A stretch of DNA of 64,000 bases from Gordius albopunctatus (Eukaryota): positions 9,734,001 to 9,798,000 of the forward strand of contig OZ193909.1 in assembly GCA_964276515.1 (NCBI GenBank), given 5' to 3'. The notes below the pieces were generated by a model, which was not told the DNA's origin, did no database searches, and saw nothing but the letters and a program-made list of their open reading frames with translations. The position numbers and the translations under genes are program-made. Of this stretch, positions 38,701 through 54,300 are shown piece by piece (position 1 is the stretch's first letter; the number at the start of each line of letters is the position of its first letter).

Positions 38701-41700
38701 CTATATTGTTGAACAAAAAAATTGAAAAATTTTTGAAGTCGAAAAAAATATTTATTTTCATATTCTATCAAAAGGGGGCTGAAAGAATCTTTAAAAGTTA
38801 GTAAATATTCTTAGCATCATGTCCTTGTTAGAATCCGTATGATAATTTTTGCACCGGGTGAGGTTTTAGATTGAGAGAAACTAAACTTTTCGTGTTGCGT
38901 TTAGATTGTTTCAAAATCGCTTTCTAACCGTGTCTCTAGTTTTTGAGAAACAAACTCTATTTGATCGTTATTTAAAGTTAATAATTTTTGAGGACGATCA
39001 AAAATTTTTCACTAATTGACCTCTGATATCAAATCTTTCATGACGGCTATATTGTTGAACAAAAAAATTGAAAAATTTTTGAAGTCGAAAAAAATATTTA
39101 TTTTCATATTCTATCAAAAGGGGGCTGAAAGAATCTTTAAAAGTTAGTAAATATTCTTAGCATCATGTCCTTGTTAGAATCCGTATGATAATTTTTGCTC
39201 GGGGTGAGGTTTTAGATTGAGAGAAACTAAACTTTTCGTGTTGCGTTTAGATTGTTTCAAAATCGCTTTCTAAGCGTGTCTCTAGTTTTTGAGAAACAAA
39301 CTCTATTTGATCGTGATTTAAAGTTAATAATTTTTGAGGACGATCAAAAATTTTTCACTAATTGACATCTGATATCAAATCTTTCATGACGGCTATATTG
39401 TTGAACAAAAAAATTGAAAAATTTTTGAAGTCGAAAAAAATATTTATTTTCATATTCTATCAAAAGGGGGCTGAAAGAATCTTTAAAAGTTAGTAAATAT
39501 TCTTAGCATCATGTCCTTGTTAGAATCCGTATGATAATTTTTGCACCGGGTGAGGTTTTAGATTGAGAGAAACTAAACTTTTCGTGTTGCGTTTAGATTG
39601 TTTCAAAATCGCTTTCTAACCGTGTCTCTAGTTTTTGAGAAACAAACTCTATTTGATCGTGATTTAAAGTTAATAATTTTTGAGGACGATCAAAAATTTT
39701 TCACTAATTGACCTCTGATATCAAATCTTTCATGACGGCTATATTGTTGAACAAAAAAATTGAAAAAATTTTGATGTCGAAAAAAATATTTATTTTCCTA
39801 TTCTTTCGAAAGGGGGATGAAAAAATCTTTAAAATTTAGAAACTAAACTTTTCGTGTTGCGTTTAGATTGTTTCAAAATCGCTTTCTAAGCGTGTCTCTA
39901 GTTTTTGTGAAACAAACTCTATTTGATCGTGATTTAAAGTTAATAATTTTTGAGGACGATCAAAAATTTTTCACTAATTGACCTCTGATATCAAATCTTT
40001 CATGACGGCTATATTGTTGAACAAAAAAATTGAAAAATTTTTGAAGTCGAAAAAAATATTTATTTTCATATTCTATCAAAAGGGGGCTGAAAGAATCTTT
40101 AAAAGTTAGTAAATATTCTTAGCATCATGTCCTTGTTAGAATCCGTATGATAATTTTTGCACGGGGTGAGGTTTTAGATTGAGAGAAACTAAACTTTTGG
40201 TGTTGCGTTTAGATTGTTTCAAAATCGCTTTCTAAGCGTGTCTCTAGTTTTTGAGAAACAAACTCTATTTGATCGTGATTTAAAGTTAATAATTTTTGAG
40301 GACGATCAAAAATTTTTCACTAATTGACCTCTGATATCAAAAACTTTCATGACGGCTATATTGTTGAACAAAAAAATTGAAAAATTTTTGAAGTCGAAAA
40401 AAATATTTATTTTCATATTCTATCAAAAGGGGGCTGAAAGAATCTTTAAAAGTTAGTAAATATTCTTAGCATCATGTCCTTGTTAGAATCCGTATGATAA
40501 TTTTTGCACGGGGTGAGGTTTTAGATTGAGAGAAACTAAACTTTTCGTGTTGCGTTTAGATTGTTTCAAAATCGCTTTCTAAGCGTGTCTCTAGTTTTTG
40601 AGAAACAAACTCTATTTGATCGTGATTTAAAGTTAATAATTTTTGAGGACGATCAAAAATTTTTCACTAATTGACCTCTGATATCAAATCTTTCATGACG
40701 GCTATATTGTTGAACAAAAAAATTGAAAAATTTTTGAAGTCGAAAAAAATATTTATTTTCATATTCTATCAAAAGGGGGCTGAAAGAATCTTTAAAAGTT
40801 AGTAAATATTCTTAGCATCATGTCCTTGTTAGAATCCGTATGATAATTTTTTCACGGGGTGAGGTTTTAGATTGAGAGAAACTAAACTTTTCGTGTTGCG
40901 TTTAGATTGTTTCAAAATCGCTTTCTAAGCGTGTCTCTAGTTTTTGAGAAACAAACTCTATTTGATCGTGATTTAAAGTTAATAATTTTTGAGGACGATC
41001 AAAAATTTTTCACTAATTGACCTCTGATATCAAATCTTTCATGACGGCTATATTGTTGAACAAAAAAATTGAAAAAATTTTGATGTCGAAAAAAATATTT
41101 ATTTTCCTATTCTTTCGAAAGGGGGATGAAAAAATCTTTAAAATTAAGAAACTAAACTTTTCGGGTTGCGTTTAGATTGTTTCAAAATCGCTTTCTAAGC
41201 GTGTCTCTAGTTTTTGTGAAACAAACTCTATTTGATCGTGATTTAAAGTTAATAATTTTTGAGGACTGATCAAAAAATTTTTCACTAATTGACCTCTGAT
41301 ATCAAATCTTTCATGACGGCTATATTGTTGAACAAAAAAATTGAAAAAATTTTGATGTCGAAAAAAATATTTATTTTCATATTCTATCAAAAGGGGGCTG
41401 AAAGAATCTTTAAAAGTTAGTAAATATTCTTAGCATCATGTCTTGTTAGAATCCGTATGATAATTTTTGCACGGGGTGAGGTTTTAGATTGAGAGAAACT
41501 AAACTTTTCGTGTTGCGTTTAGATTGTTTCAAAATCGCTTTCTAAGCGTGTCTCTAGTTTTTGTGAAACAAACTCTATTTGATCGTGATTTAAAGTTAAT
41601 AATTTTTGAGGACTGATCAAAAAATTTTTCACTAATTGACCTCTGATATCAAAAACTTTCATGACGGCTATATTGTTGAACAAAAAAATTTCAAAAAATT

Positions 41701-42116
41701 TTGATGTCGAAAAAAATATTTATTTTCCTATTCTTTCGAAAGGGGGATGAAAAAATCTTTAAAATTTAGAAACTAAACTTTTCGGGTTGCGTTTAGATTG
41801 TTTCAAAATCGCTTTCTAAGCGTGTCTCTAGTTTTTGTGAAACAAACTCTATTTGATCGTGATTTAAAGTTAATAATTTTTGAGGACTGATCAAAAAATT
41901 TTTCACTAATTGACCTCTGATATCAAAAACTTTCATGACGGCTATATTGTTGAACAAAAAAATTGAAAAATTTTTGAAGTCGAAAAAAATATTTATTTTC
42001 ATATTCTATCAAAAGGGGGCTGAAAGAATCTTTAAAAGTTAGTAAATATTCTTAGCATCATGTCCTTGTTAGAATCCGTATGATAATTTTTGAACGGAGT
42101 GAGGTTTTAGATTGAG

Positions 42117-45100
42117 AGAAACTAAACTTTTCGTGTTGCGTTTAGATTGTTTCAAAATCGCTTTCTAAGCGTGTCTCTAGTTTTTGAGAAACAAACTCTA
42201 TTTGATCGTGATTTAAATTTAATAATTTTTGAGGACGATCAAAAATTTTTCACTAATTGACCTCTAATATCAAATCTTTCATGACGGCTATATTGTTGAA
42301 CAAAAAAATTGAAAAAATTTTGATGTCGAAAAAAATATTTATTTTCCTATTCTTTCGAAAGGGGGATGAAAAAATCTTTAAAATTTAGAAACTAAACTTT
42401 TCGTGTTGCGTTTAGATTGTTTCAAAATCGCTTTCTAAGCGTGTCTCTAGTTTTTGTGAAACAAACTCTATTTGATCGTGATTTAAAGTTAATAATTTTT
42501 GAGGACTGATCAAAAATTTTTTCACTAATTGACCTCTGATATCAAAAACTTTCATGACGGCTATATTGTTGAACAAAAAAATTGAAAAATTTTTGAAGTC
42601 GAAAAAAATATTTATTTTCATATTCTATCAAAAGGGGGCTGAAAGAATCTTTAAAAGTTAGTAAATATTCTTAGCATCATGTCCTTGTTAGAATCCGTAT
42701 GATAATTTTTGCACGGGGTGAGGTTTTAGATTGAGAGAAACTAAACTTTTCGTGTTGCGTTTAGATTGTTTCAAAATCGCTTTCTAACCGTGTCTCTAGT
42801 TTTTGAGAAACAAACTCTATTTGATCGTGATTTAAAGTTAATAATTTTTGAGGACGATCAAAAATTTTTCACTAATTGACCTCTGATATCAAATCTTTCA
42901 TGACGGCTATATTGTTGAACAAAAAAATTGAAAAAATTTTGATGTCGAAAAAAATATTTATTTTCATATTCTATCGAAATGGTGCTGAAAGAATCTTTAA
43001 AATTTAGAAACTAAACTTTTCGTGTTGCGTTTAGATTGTTTCAAAATAGCTTTCTAAGCGTGTCTCTAGTTTTTGCGAAACAAACTCTATGTGATCGTGA
43101 TTTAAAGTTAATAATTTTTGAGGACTGATCAAAAAAATTTTTCACTAATTGACCTCTGATATCAAAAACTTTCATGACGGCTATATTGTTGAACAAAAAA
43201 ATTGAAAAATTTTTGAAGTCGAAAAAAATATTTATTTTCATATTCTATCAAAAGGGGGCTGAAAGAATCTTTAAAAGTTAGTAAATATTCTTAGCATCAT
43301 GTCCTTGTTAGAATCCGTATGATAATTTTTGCACGGGGTGAGGTTTTAGATTGAGAGAAACTAAACTTTTCGTGTTGCGTTTAGATTGTTTCAAAATCGC
43401 TTTCTAACCGTGTCTCTAGTTTTTGAGAAACAAACTCTATTTGATCGTGATTTAAAGTTAATAATTTTTGAGGACGATCAAAAATTTTTCACTAATTGAC
43501 CTCTGATATCAAATCTTTCATGACGGCTATATTGTTGAACAAAAAAATTGAAAAAATTTTGATGTCGAAAAAAATATTTATTTTCATATTCTATCGAAAT
43601 GGTGCTGAAAGAATCTTTAAAATTTAGAAACTAAACTTTTCGTGTTGCGTTTAGATTGTTTCAAAATAGCTTTCTAAGCGTGTCTCTAGTTTTTGCGAAA
43701 CAAACTCTATGTGATCGTGATTTAAAGTTAATAATTTTTGAGGACTGATCAAAAAAATTTTTCACTAATTGACCTCTGATATCAAAAACTTTCATGACGG
43801 CTATATTGTTGAACAAAAAAATTGAAAAATTTTTGAAGTCGAAAAAAATATTTATTTTCATATTCTATCAAAAGGGGGCTGAAAGAATCTTTAAAAGTTA
43901 GTAAATATTCTTAGCATCATGTCCTTGTTAGAATCCGTATGATAATTTTTGCACGGGGTGAGGTTTTAGATTGAGAGAAACTAAACTTTTCGTGTTGCGT
44001 TTAGATTGTTTCAAAATCGCTTTCTAAGCGTGTCTCTAGTTTTTGAGAAACAAACTCTATTTGATCGTGATTTAAAGTTAATAATTTTTGAGGACGATCA
44101 AAAAATTTTCACTAATTGACCTCTGATATCAAAAACTTTCATGACGGCTATATTGTTGAACAAAAAAATTGAAAAAATTTTGATGTCGAAAAAAATATTT
44201 ATTTTCCTATTCTTTCGAAAGGGGGATGAAAAAATCTTTAAAATTTAGAAACTAAACTTTTCGTGTTGCGTTTAGATTGTTTCAAAATCGCTTTCTAAGC
44301 GTGTCTCTAGTTTTTGAGAAATAAACTCTATGTGATCGTGATTTAAAGTTAATAATTTTTGAGGACTGATCAAAAAAAGTTTTCACTAATTGACCTCTGA
44401 TATCATAAACTTTCATGACGGCTATATTGTTGAACAAAAAAATTGAAAAAATTTTGATGTCGAAAAAAATATTTATTTTCATATTCTATCGAAAGGGTGC
44501 TGAAAGAATCTTTAAAATTTAGAAACTAAACTTTTCGTGTTGCGTTTAGATTGTTTCAAAATAGCTTTCTAAGCGTGTCTCTAGTTTTTGCGAAACAAAC
44601 TCTATTTGATCGTGATTTAAAGTTAATAATTTTTGAGGACGATCAAAAATTTTTCACTAATTGACCTCTGATATCAAATCTTTCATGACGGCTATATTGT
44701 TGAACAAAAAAATTGAAAAAATTTTGATGTCGAAAAAAATATTTATTTTCCTATTCTTTCGAAAGGGTGATGAAAAAATCTTTAAAATTTAGAAACTAAA
44801 CTTTTCGTGTTGCGTTTAGATTGTTTCAAAATCGCTTTCTAAGCGTGTCTCTAGTTTTTGTGAAACAAACTCTATTTGATCGTGATTTAAAGTTAATAAT
44901 TTTTGAGGACTGATCAAAAAATTTTTCACTAATTGACCTCTGATATCAAAAACTTTCATGACGGCTATATTGTTGAACAAAAAAATTGAAAAAATTTTGA
45001 TGTCGAAAAAAATATTTATTTTCCTATTCTTTCGAAAGGGGGATGAAAAAATCTTTAAAATTAAGAAACTAAACTTTTCGTGTTGCGTTTAGATTGTTTC

Positions 45101-48100
45101 AAAATCGCTTTCTAAGCGTGTCTCTAGTTTTTGTGAAAAAAACTCTATTTGATCGTGATTTAAAGTTAATAATTTTTGAGGACGATCAAAAATTTTTCAC
45201 TAATTGACCTCTGATATCAAATCTTTCATGACGGCTATATTGTTGAACAAAAAAATTGAAAAATTTTTGAAGTCGAAAAAAATATTTATTTTCATATTCT
45301 ATCAAAAGGGGGCTGAAAGAATCTTTAAAAGTTAGTAAATATTCTTAGCATCATGTCCTTGTTAGAATCCGTATGATAATTTTTGCACGGGGTGAGGTTT
45401 TAGATTGAGAGAAACTAAACTTTTCGTGTTGCGTTTAGATTGTTTCAAAATCGCTTTCTAAGCGTGTCTCTAGTTTTTGAGAAACAAACTCTATTTGATC
45501 GTGATTTAAAGTTAATAATTTTTGAGGACGATCAAAAATTTTTCACTAATTGACCTCTGATATCAAATCTTTCATGACGGCTATATTGTTGAACAAAAAA
45601 ATTGAAAAAATTTTGATGTCGAAAAAAATATTTATTTTCCTATTCTTTCGAAAGGGGGATGAAAAAATCTTTAAAATTTAGAAACTAAACTTTTCGTGTT
45701 GCGTTCAGATTGTTTCAAAATCGCTTTCTAAGCGTGTCTCTAGTTTTTGTGAAACAAACTCTATTTGATCGTGATTTAAAGATAATAATTTTTGAGGACT
45801 GATCAAAAAATTTTTCACTAATTGACCTCTGATATCAAAAACTTTCATGACGGCTATATTGTTGAACAAAAAAATTGAAAAATTTTTGAAGTCGAAAAAA
45901 ATATTTATTTTCATATTCTATCAAAAGGGGGCTGAAAGAATCTTTAAAAGTTAGTAAATATTCTTAGCATCATGTCCTTGTTAGAATCCGTATGATAATT
46001 TTTGCACCGGGTGAGGTTTTAGATTGAGAGAAACTAAACTTTTCGTGTTGCGTTTAGATTGTTTCAAAATCGCTTTCTAACCGTGTCTCTAGTTTTTGAG
46101 AAACAAACTCTATTTGATCGTGATTTAAAGTTAATAATTTTTGAGGACGATCAAAAATTTTTCACTAATTGACCTCTGATATCAAATCTTTCATGACGGC
46201 TATATTGTTGAACAAAAAAATTGAAAAATTTTTGAAGTCGAAAAAAATATTTATTTTCATATTCTATCAAAAGGGGGCTGAAAGAATCTTTAAAAGTTAG
46301 TAAATATTCTTAGCATCATGTCCTTGTTAGAATCCGTATGATAATTTTTGCTCGGGGTGAGGTTTTAGATTGAGAGAAACTAAACTTTTCGTGTTGCGTT
46401 TAGATTGTTTCAAAATCGCTTTCTAAGCGTGTCTCTAGTTTTTGAGAAACAAACTCTATTTGATCGTGATTTAAAGTTAATAATTTTTGAGGACGATCAA
46501 AAATTTTTCACTAATTGACCTCTGATATCAAATCTTTCATGACGGCTATATTGTTGAACAAAAAAATTGAAAAATTTTTGAAGTCGAAAAAAATATTTAT
46601 TTTCATATTCTATCAAAAGGGGGCTGAAAGAATCTTTAAAAGTTAGTAAATATTCTTAGCATCATGTCCTTGTTAGAATCCGTATGATAATTTTTGCACG
46701 GGGTGAGGTTTTAGATTGAGAGAAACTAAACTTTTCGTGTTGCGTTTAGATTGTTTCAAAATCGCTTTCTAAGCGTGTCTCTAGTTTTTGAGAAACAAAC
46801 TCTATTTGATCGTGATTTAAAGTTAATAATTTTTGAGGACGATCAAAAATTTTTCACTAATTGACCTCTGATATCAAATCTTTCATGACGGCTATATTGT
46901 TGAACAAAAAAATTGAAAAAATTTTGATGTCGAAAAAAATATTTATTTTCCTATTCTTTCGAAAGGGGGATGAAAAAATCTTTAAAATTAAGAAACTAAA
47001 CTTTTCGGGTTGCGTTTAGATTGTTTCAAAATCGCTTTCTAAGCGTGTCTCTAGTTTTTGTGAAACAAACTCTATTTGATCGTGATTTAAAGTTAATAAT
47101 TTTTGAGGACTGATCAAAAAATTTTTCACTAATTGACCTCTGATATCAAATCTTTCATGACGGCTATATTGTTGAACAAAAAAATTGAAAAAATTTTGAT
47201 GTCGAAAAAAATATTTATTTTCATATTCTATCAAAAGGGGGCTGAAAGAATCTTTAAAAGTTAGTAAATATTCTTAGCATCATGTCTTGTTAGAATCCGT
47301 ATGATAATTTTTGAACGGAGTGAGGTTTTAGATTGAGAGAAACTAAACTTTTCGTGTTGCGTTTAGATTGTTTCAAAATCGCTTTCTAAGCGTGTCTCTA
47401 GTTTTTGAGAAACAAACTCTATTTGATCGTGATTTAAATTTAATAATTTTTGAGGACGATCAAAAATTTTTCACTAATTGACCTCTAATATCAAATCTTT
47501 CATGACGGCTATATTGTTGAACAAAAAAATTGAAAAAATTTTGATGTCGAAAAAAATATTTATTTTCCTATTCTTTCGAAAGGGGGATGAAAAAATCTTT
47601 AAAATTTAGAAACTAAACTTTTCGTGTTGCGTTTAGATTGTTTCAAAATCGCTTTCTAAGCGTGTCTCTAGTTTTTGTGAAACAAACTCTATTTGATCGT
47701 GATTTAAAGTTAATAATTTTTGAGGACTGATCAAAAATTTTTTCACTAATTGACCTCTGATATCAAAAACTTTCATGACGGCTATATTGTTGAACAAAAA
47801 AATTGAAAAATTTTTGAAGTCGAAAAAAATATTTATTTTCATATTCTATCAAAAGGGGGCTGAAAGAATCTTTAAAAGTTAGTAAATATTCTTAGCATCA
47901 TGTCCTTGTTAGAATCCGTATGATAATTTTTGCACGGGGTGAGGTTTTAGATTGAGAGAAACTAAACTTTTCGTGTTGCGTTTAGATTGTTTCAAAATCG
48001 CTTTCTAACCGTGTCTCTAGTTTTTGAGAAACAAACTCTATTTGATCGTGATTTAAAGTTAATAATTTTTGAGGACGATCAAAAATTTTTCACTAATTGA

Positions 48101-51100
48101 CCTCTGATATCAAATCTTTCATGACGGCTATATTGTTGAACAAAAAAATTGAAAAAATTTTGATGTCGAAAAAAATATTTATTTTCATATTCTATCGAAA
48201 TGGTGCTGAAAGAATCTTTAAAATTTAGAAACTAAACTTTTCGTGTTGCGTTTAGATTGTTTCAAAATAGCTTTCTAAGCGTGTCTCTAGTTTTTGCGAA
48301 ACAAACTCTATGTGATCGTGATTTAAAGTTAATAATTTTTGAGGACTGATCAAAAAAATTTTTCACTAATTGACCTCTGATATCAAAAACTTTCATGACG
48401 GCTATATTGTTGAACAAAAAAATTGAAAAATTTTTGAAGTCGAAAAAAATATTTATTTTCATATTCTATCAAAAGGGGGCTGAAAGAATCTTTAAAAGTT
48501 AGTAAATATTCTTAGCATCATGTCCTTGTTAGAATCCGTATGATAATTTTTGCACGGGGTGAGGTTTTAGATTGAGAGAAACTAAACTTTTCGTGTTGCG
48601 TTTAGATTGTTTCAAAATCGCTTTCTAAGCGTGTCTCTAGTTTTTGAGAAACAAACTCTATTTGATCGTGATTTAAAGTTAATAATTTTTGAGGACGATC
48701 AAAAAATTTTCACTAATTGACCTCTGATATCAAAAACTTTCATGACGGCTATATTGTTGAACAAAAAAATTGAAAAAATTTTGATGTCGAAAAAAATATT
48801 TATTTTCCTATTCTTTCGAAAGGGGGATGAAAAAATCTTTAAAATTTAGAAACTAAACTTTTCGTGTTGCGTTTAGATTGTTTCAAAATCGCTTTCTAAG
48901 CGTGTCTCTAGTTTTTGAGAAATAAACTCTATGTGATCGTGATTTAAAGTTAATAATTTTTGAGGACTGATCAAAAAAAGTTTTCACTAATTGACCTCTG
49001 ATATCATAAACTTTCATGACGGCTATATTGTTGAACAAAAAAATTGAAAAAATTTTGATGTCGAAAAAAATATTTATTTTCATATTCTATCGAAAGGGTG
49101 CTGAAAGAATCTTTAAAATTTAGAAACTAAACTTTTCGTGTTGCGTTTAGATTGTTTCAAAATAGCTTTCTAAGCGTGTCTCTAGTTTTTGCGAAACAAA
49201 CTCTATTTGATCGTGATTTAAAGTTAATAATTTTTGAGGACGATCAAAAATTTTTCACTAATTGACCTCTGATATCAAATCTTTCATGACGGCTATATTG
49301 TTGAACAAAAAAATTGAAAAAATTTTGATGTCGAAAAAAATATTTATTTTCCTATTCTTTCGAAAGGGTGATGAAAAAATCTTTAAAATTTAGAAACTAA
49401 ACTTTTCGTGTTGCGTTTAGATTGTTTCAAAATCGCTTTCTAAGCGTGTCTCTAGTTTTTGTGAAACAAACTCTATTTGATCGTGATTTAAAGTTAATAA
49501 TTTTTGAGGACTGATCAAAAAATTTTTCACTAATTGACCTCTGATATCAAAAACTTTCATGACGGCTATATTGTTGAACAAAAAAATTGAAAAAATTTTG
49601 ATGTCGAAAAAAATATTTATTTTCCTATTCTTTCGAAAGGGGGATGAAAAAATCTTTAAAATTAAGAAACTAAACTTTTCGTGTTGCGTTTAGATTGTTT
49701 CAAAATCGCTTTCTAAGCGTGTCTCTAGTTTTTGTGAAAAAAACTCTATTTGATCGTGATTTAAAGTTAATAATTTTTGAGGACGATCAAAAATTTTTCA
49801 CTAATTGACCTCTGATATCAAATCTTTCATGACGGCTATATTGTTGAACAAAAAAATTGAAAAATTTTTGAAGTCGAAAAAAATATTTATTTTCATATTC
49901 TATCAAAAGGGGGCTGAAAGAATCTTTAAAAGTTAGTAAATATTCTTAGCATCATGTCCTTGTTAGAATCCGTATGATAATTTTTGCACGGGGTGAGGTT
50001 TTAGATTGAGAGAAACTAAACTTTTCGTGTTGCGTTTAGATTGTTTCAAAATCGCTTTCTAAGCGTGTCTCTAGTTTTTGAGAAACAAACTCTATTTGAT
50101 CGTGATTTAAAGTTAATAATTTTTGAGGACGATCAAAAATTTTTCACTAATTGACCTCTGATATCAAATCTTTCATGACGGCTATATTGTTGAACAAAAA
50201 AATTGAAAAAATTTTGATGTCGAAAAAAATATTTATTTTCCTATTCTTTCGAAAGGGGGATGAAAAAATCTTTAAAATTTAGAAACTAAACTTTTCGTGT
50301 TGCGTTCAGATTGTTTCAAAATCGCTTTCTAAGCGTGTCTCTAGTTTTTGTGAAACAAACTCTATTTGATCGTGATTTAAAGATAATAATTTTTGAGGAC
50401 TGATCAAAAAATTTTTCACTAATTGACCTCTGATATCAAAAACTTTCATGACGGCTATATTGTTGAACAAAAAAATTGAAAAATTTTTGAAGTCGAAAAA
50501 AATATTTATTTTCATATTCTATCAAAAGGGGGCTGAAAGAATCTTTAAAAGTTAGTAAATATTCTTAGCATCATGTCCTTGTTAGAATCCGTATGATAAT
50601 TTTTGCACCGGGTGAGGTTTTAGATTGAGAGAAACTAAACTTTTCGTGTTGCGTTTAGATTGTTTCAAAATCGCTTTCTAACCGTGTCTCTAGTTTTTGA
50701 GAAACAAACTCTATTTGATCGTGATTTAAAGTTAATAATTTTTGAGGACGATCAAAAATTTTTCACTAATTGACCTCTGATATCAAATCTTTCATGACGG
50801 CTATATTGTTGAACAAAAAAATTGAAAAATTTTTGAAGTCGAAAAAAATATTTATTTTCATATTCTATCAAAAGGGGGCTGAAAGAATCTTTAAAAGTTA
50901 GTAAATATTCTTAGCATCATGTCCTTGTTAGAATCCGTATGATAATTTTTGCTCGGGGTGAGGTTTTAGATTGAGAGAAACTAAACTTTTCGTGTTGCGT
51001 TTAGATTGTTTCAAAATCGCTTTCTAAGCGTGTCTCTAGTTTTTGAGAAACAAACTCTATTTGATCGTGATTTAAAGTTAATAATTTTTGAGGACGATCA
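42117..51100 (+). repeat. About 4.6-kb higher-order duplication (offset 4601; 5221 upstream of an extra 620-bp dimer in copy 1)
   Basis: ORF copies 43661/48262, 44282/48883 and 45705/50306 are offset 4601; 42412/47633 are offset 5221 (4601+620). The private variant TTTAAATTTAAT with CTCTAATATC occurs near 42218 and 47439. Confidence 0.85.
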
Positions 51101-51321
51101 AAAATTTTTCACTAATTGACATCTGATATCAAATCTTTCATGACGGCTATATTGTTGAACAAAAAAATTGAAAAATTTTTGAAGTCGAAAAAAATATTTA
51201 TTTTCATATTCTATCAAAAGGGGGCTGAAAGAATCTTTAAAAGTTAGTAAATATTCTTAGCATCATGTCCTTGTTAGAATCCGTATGATAATTTTTGCAC
51301 CGGGTGAGGTTTTAGATTGAG

Positions 51322-54300
51322 AGAAACTAAACTTTTCGTGTTGCGTTTAGATTGTTTCAAAATCGCTTTCTAACCGTGTCTCTAGTTTTTGAGAAACAAA
51401 CTCTATTTGATCGTGATTTAAAGTTAATAATTTTTGAGGACGATCAAAAATTTTTCACTAATTGACCTCTGATATCAAATCTTTCATGACGGCTATATTG
51501 TTGAACAAAAAAATTGAAAAAATTTTGATGTCGAAAAAAATATTTATTTTCCTATTCTTTCGAAAGGGGGATGAAAAAATCTTTAAAATTTAGAAACTAA
51601 ACTTTTCGTGTTGCGTTTAGATTGTTTCAAAATCGCTTTCTAAGCGTGTCTCTAGTTTTTGTGAAACAAACTCTATTTGATCGTGATTTAAAGTTAATAA
51701 TTTTTGAGGACGATCAAAAATTTTTCACTAATTGACCTCTGATATCAAATCTTTCATGACGGCTATATTGTTGAACAAAAAAATTGAAAAATTTTTGAAG
51801 TCGAAAAAAATATTTATTTTCATATTCTATCAAAAGGGGGCTGAAAGAATCTTTAAAAGTTAGTAAATATTCTTAGCATCATGTCCTTGTTAGAATCCGT
51901 ATGATAATTTTTGCACGGGGTGAGGTTTTAGATTGAGAGAAACTAAACTTTTGGTGTTGCGTTTAGATTGTTTCAAAATCGCTTTCTAAGCGTGTCTCTA
52001 GTTTTTGAGAAACAAACTCTATTTGATCGTGATTTAAAGTTAATAATTTTTGAGGACGATCAAAAATTTTTCACTAATTGACCTCTGATATCAAAAACTT
52101 TCATGACGGCTATATTGTTGAACAAAAAAATTGAAAAATTTTTGAAGTCGAAAAAAATATTTATTTTCATATTCTATCAAAAGGGGGCTGAAAGAATCTT
52201 TAAAAGTTAGTAAATATTCTTAGCATCATGTCCTTGTTAGAATCCGTATGATAATTTTTGCACGGGGTGAGGTTTTAGATTGAGAGAAACTAAACTTTTC
52301 GTGTTGCGTTTAGATTGTTTCAAAATCGCTTTCTAAGCGTGTCTCTAGTTTTTGAGAAACAAACTCTATTTGATCGTGATTTAAAGTTAATAATTTTTGA
52401 GGACGATCAAAAATTTTTCACTAATTGACCTCTGATATCAAATCTTTCATGACGGCTATATTGTTGAACAAAAAAATTGAAAAATTTTTGAAGTCGAAAA
52501 AAATATTTATTTTCATATTCTATCAAAAGGGGGCTGAAAGAATCTTTAAAAGTTAGTAAATATTCTTAGCATCATGTCCTTGTTAGAATCCGTATGATAA
52601 TTTTTGCACGGGGTGAGGTTTTAGATTGAGAGAAACTAAACTTTTCGTGTTGCGTTTAGATTGTTTCAAAATCGCTTTCTAAGCGTGTCTCTAGTTTTTG
52701 AGAAACAAACTCTATTTGATCGTGATTTAAAGTTAATAATTTTTGAGGACGATCAAAAATTTTTCACTAATTGACCTCTGATATCAAATCTTTCATGACG
52801 GCTATATTGTTGAACAAAAAAATTGAAAAAATTTTGATGTCGAAAAAAATATTTATTTTCCTATTCTTTCGAAAGGGGGATGAAAAAATCTTTAAAATTA
52901 AGAAACTAAACTTTTCGGGTTGCGTTTAGATTGTTTCAAAATCGCTTTCTAAGCGTGTCTCTAGTTTTTGTGAAACAAACTCTATTTGATCGTGATTTAA
53001 AGTTAATAATTTTTGAGGACTGATCAAAAAATTTTTCACTAATTGACCTCTGATATCAAATCTTTCATGACGGCTATATTGTTGAACAAAAAAATTGAAA
53101 AAATTTTGATGTCGAAAAAAATATTTATTTTCATATTCTATCAAAAGGGGGCTGAAAGAATCTTTAAAAGTTAGTAAATATTCTTAGCATCATGTCTTGT
53201 TAGAATCCGTATGATAATTTTTGCACGGGGTGAGGTTTTAGATTGAGAGAAACTAAACTTTTCGTGTTGCGTTTAGATTGTTTCAAAATCGCTTTCTAAG
53301 CGTGTCTCTAGTTTTTGTGAAACAAACTCTATTTGATCGTGATTTAAAGTTAATAATTTTTGAGGACTGATCAAAAAATTTTTCACTAATTGACCTCTGA
53401 TATCAAAAACTTTCATGACGGCTATATTGTTGAACAAAAAAATTTCAAAAAATTTTGATGTCGAAAAAAATATTTATTTTCCTATTCTTTCGAAAGGGGG
53501 ATGAAAAAATCTTTAAAATTTAGAAACTAAACTTTTCGGGTTGCGTTTAGATTGTTTCAAAATCGCTTTCTAAGCGTGTCTCTAGTTTTTGTGAAACAAA
53601 CTCTATTTGATCGTGATGTAAAGTTAATAATTTTTGAGGACTGATCAAAAAATTTTTCACTAATTGACCTCTGATATCAAAAACTTTCATGACGGCTATA
53701 TTGTTGAACAAAAAAATTGAAAAATTTTTGAAGTCGAAAAAAATATTTATTTTCATATTCTATCAAAAGGGGGCTGAAAGAATCTTTAAAAGTTAGTAAA
53801 TATTCTTAGCATCATGTCCTTGTTAGAATCCGTATGATAATTTTTGAACGGAGTGAGGTTTTAGATTGAGAGAAACTAAACTTTTCGTGTTGCGTTTAGA
53901 TTGTTTCAAAATCGCTTTCTAAGCGTGTCTCTAGTTTTTGAGAAACAAACTCTATTTGATCGTGATTTAAAGTTAATAATTTTTGAGGACGATCAAAAAT
54001 TTTTCACTAATTGACCTCTAATATCAAATCTTTCATGACGGCTATATTGTTGAACAAAAAAATTGAAAAAATTTTGATGTCGAAAAAAATATTTATTTTC
54101 CTATTCTTTCGAAAGGGTGATGAAAAAATCTTTAAAATTTAGAAACTAAACTTTTCGTGTTGCGTTTAGATTGTTTCAAAATCGCTTTCTAAGCGTGTCT
54201 CTAGTTTTTGTGAAACAAACTCTATTTGATCGTGATTTAAAGTTAATAATTTTTGAGGACTGATCAAAAAATTTTTCACTAATTGACCTCTGATATCAAA

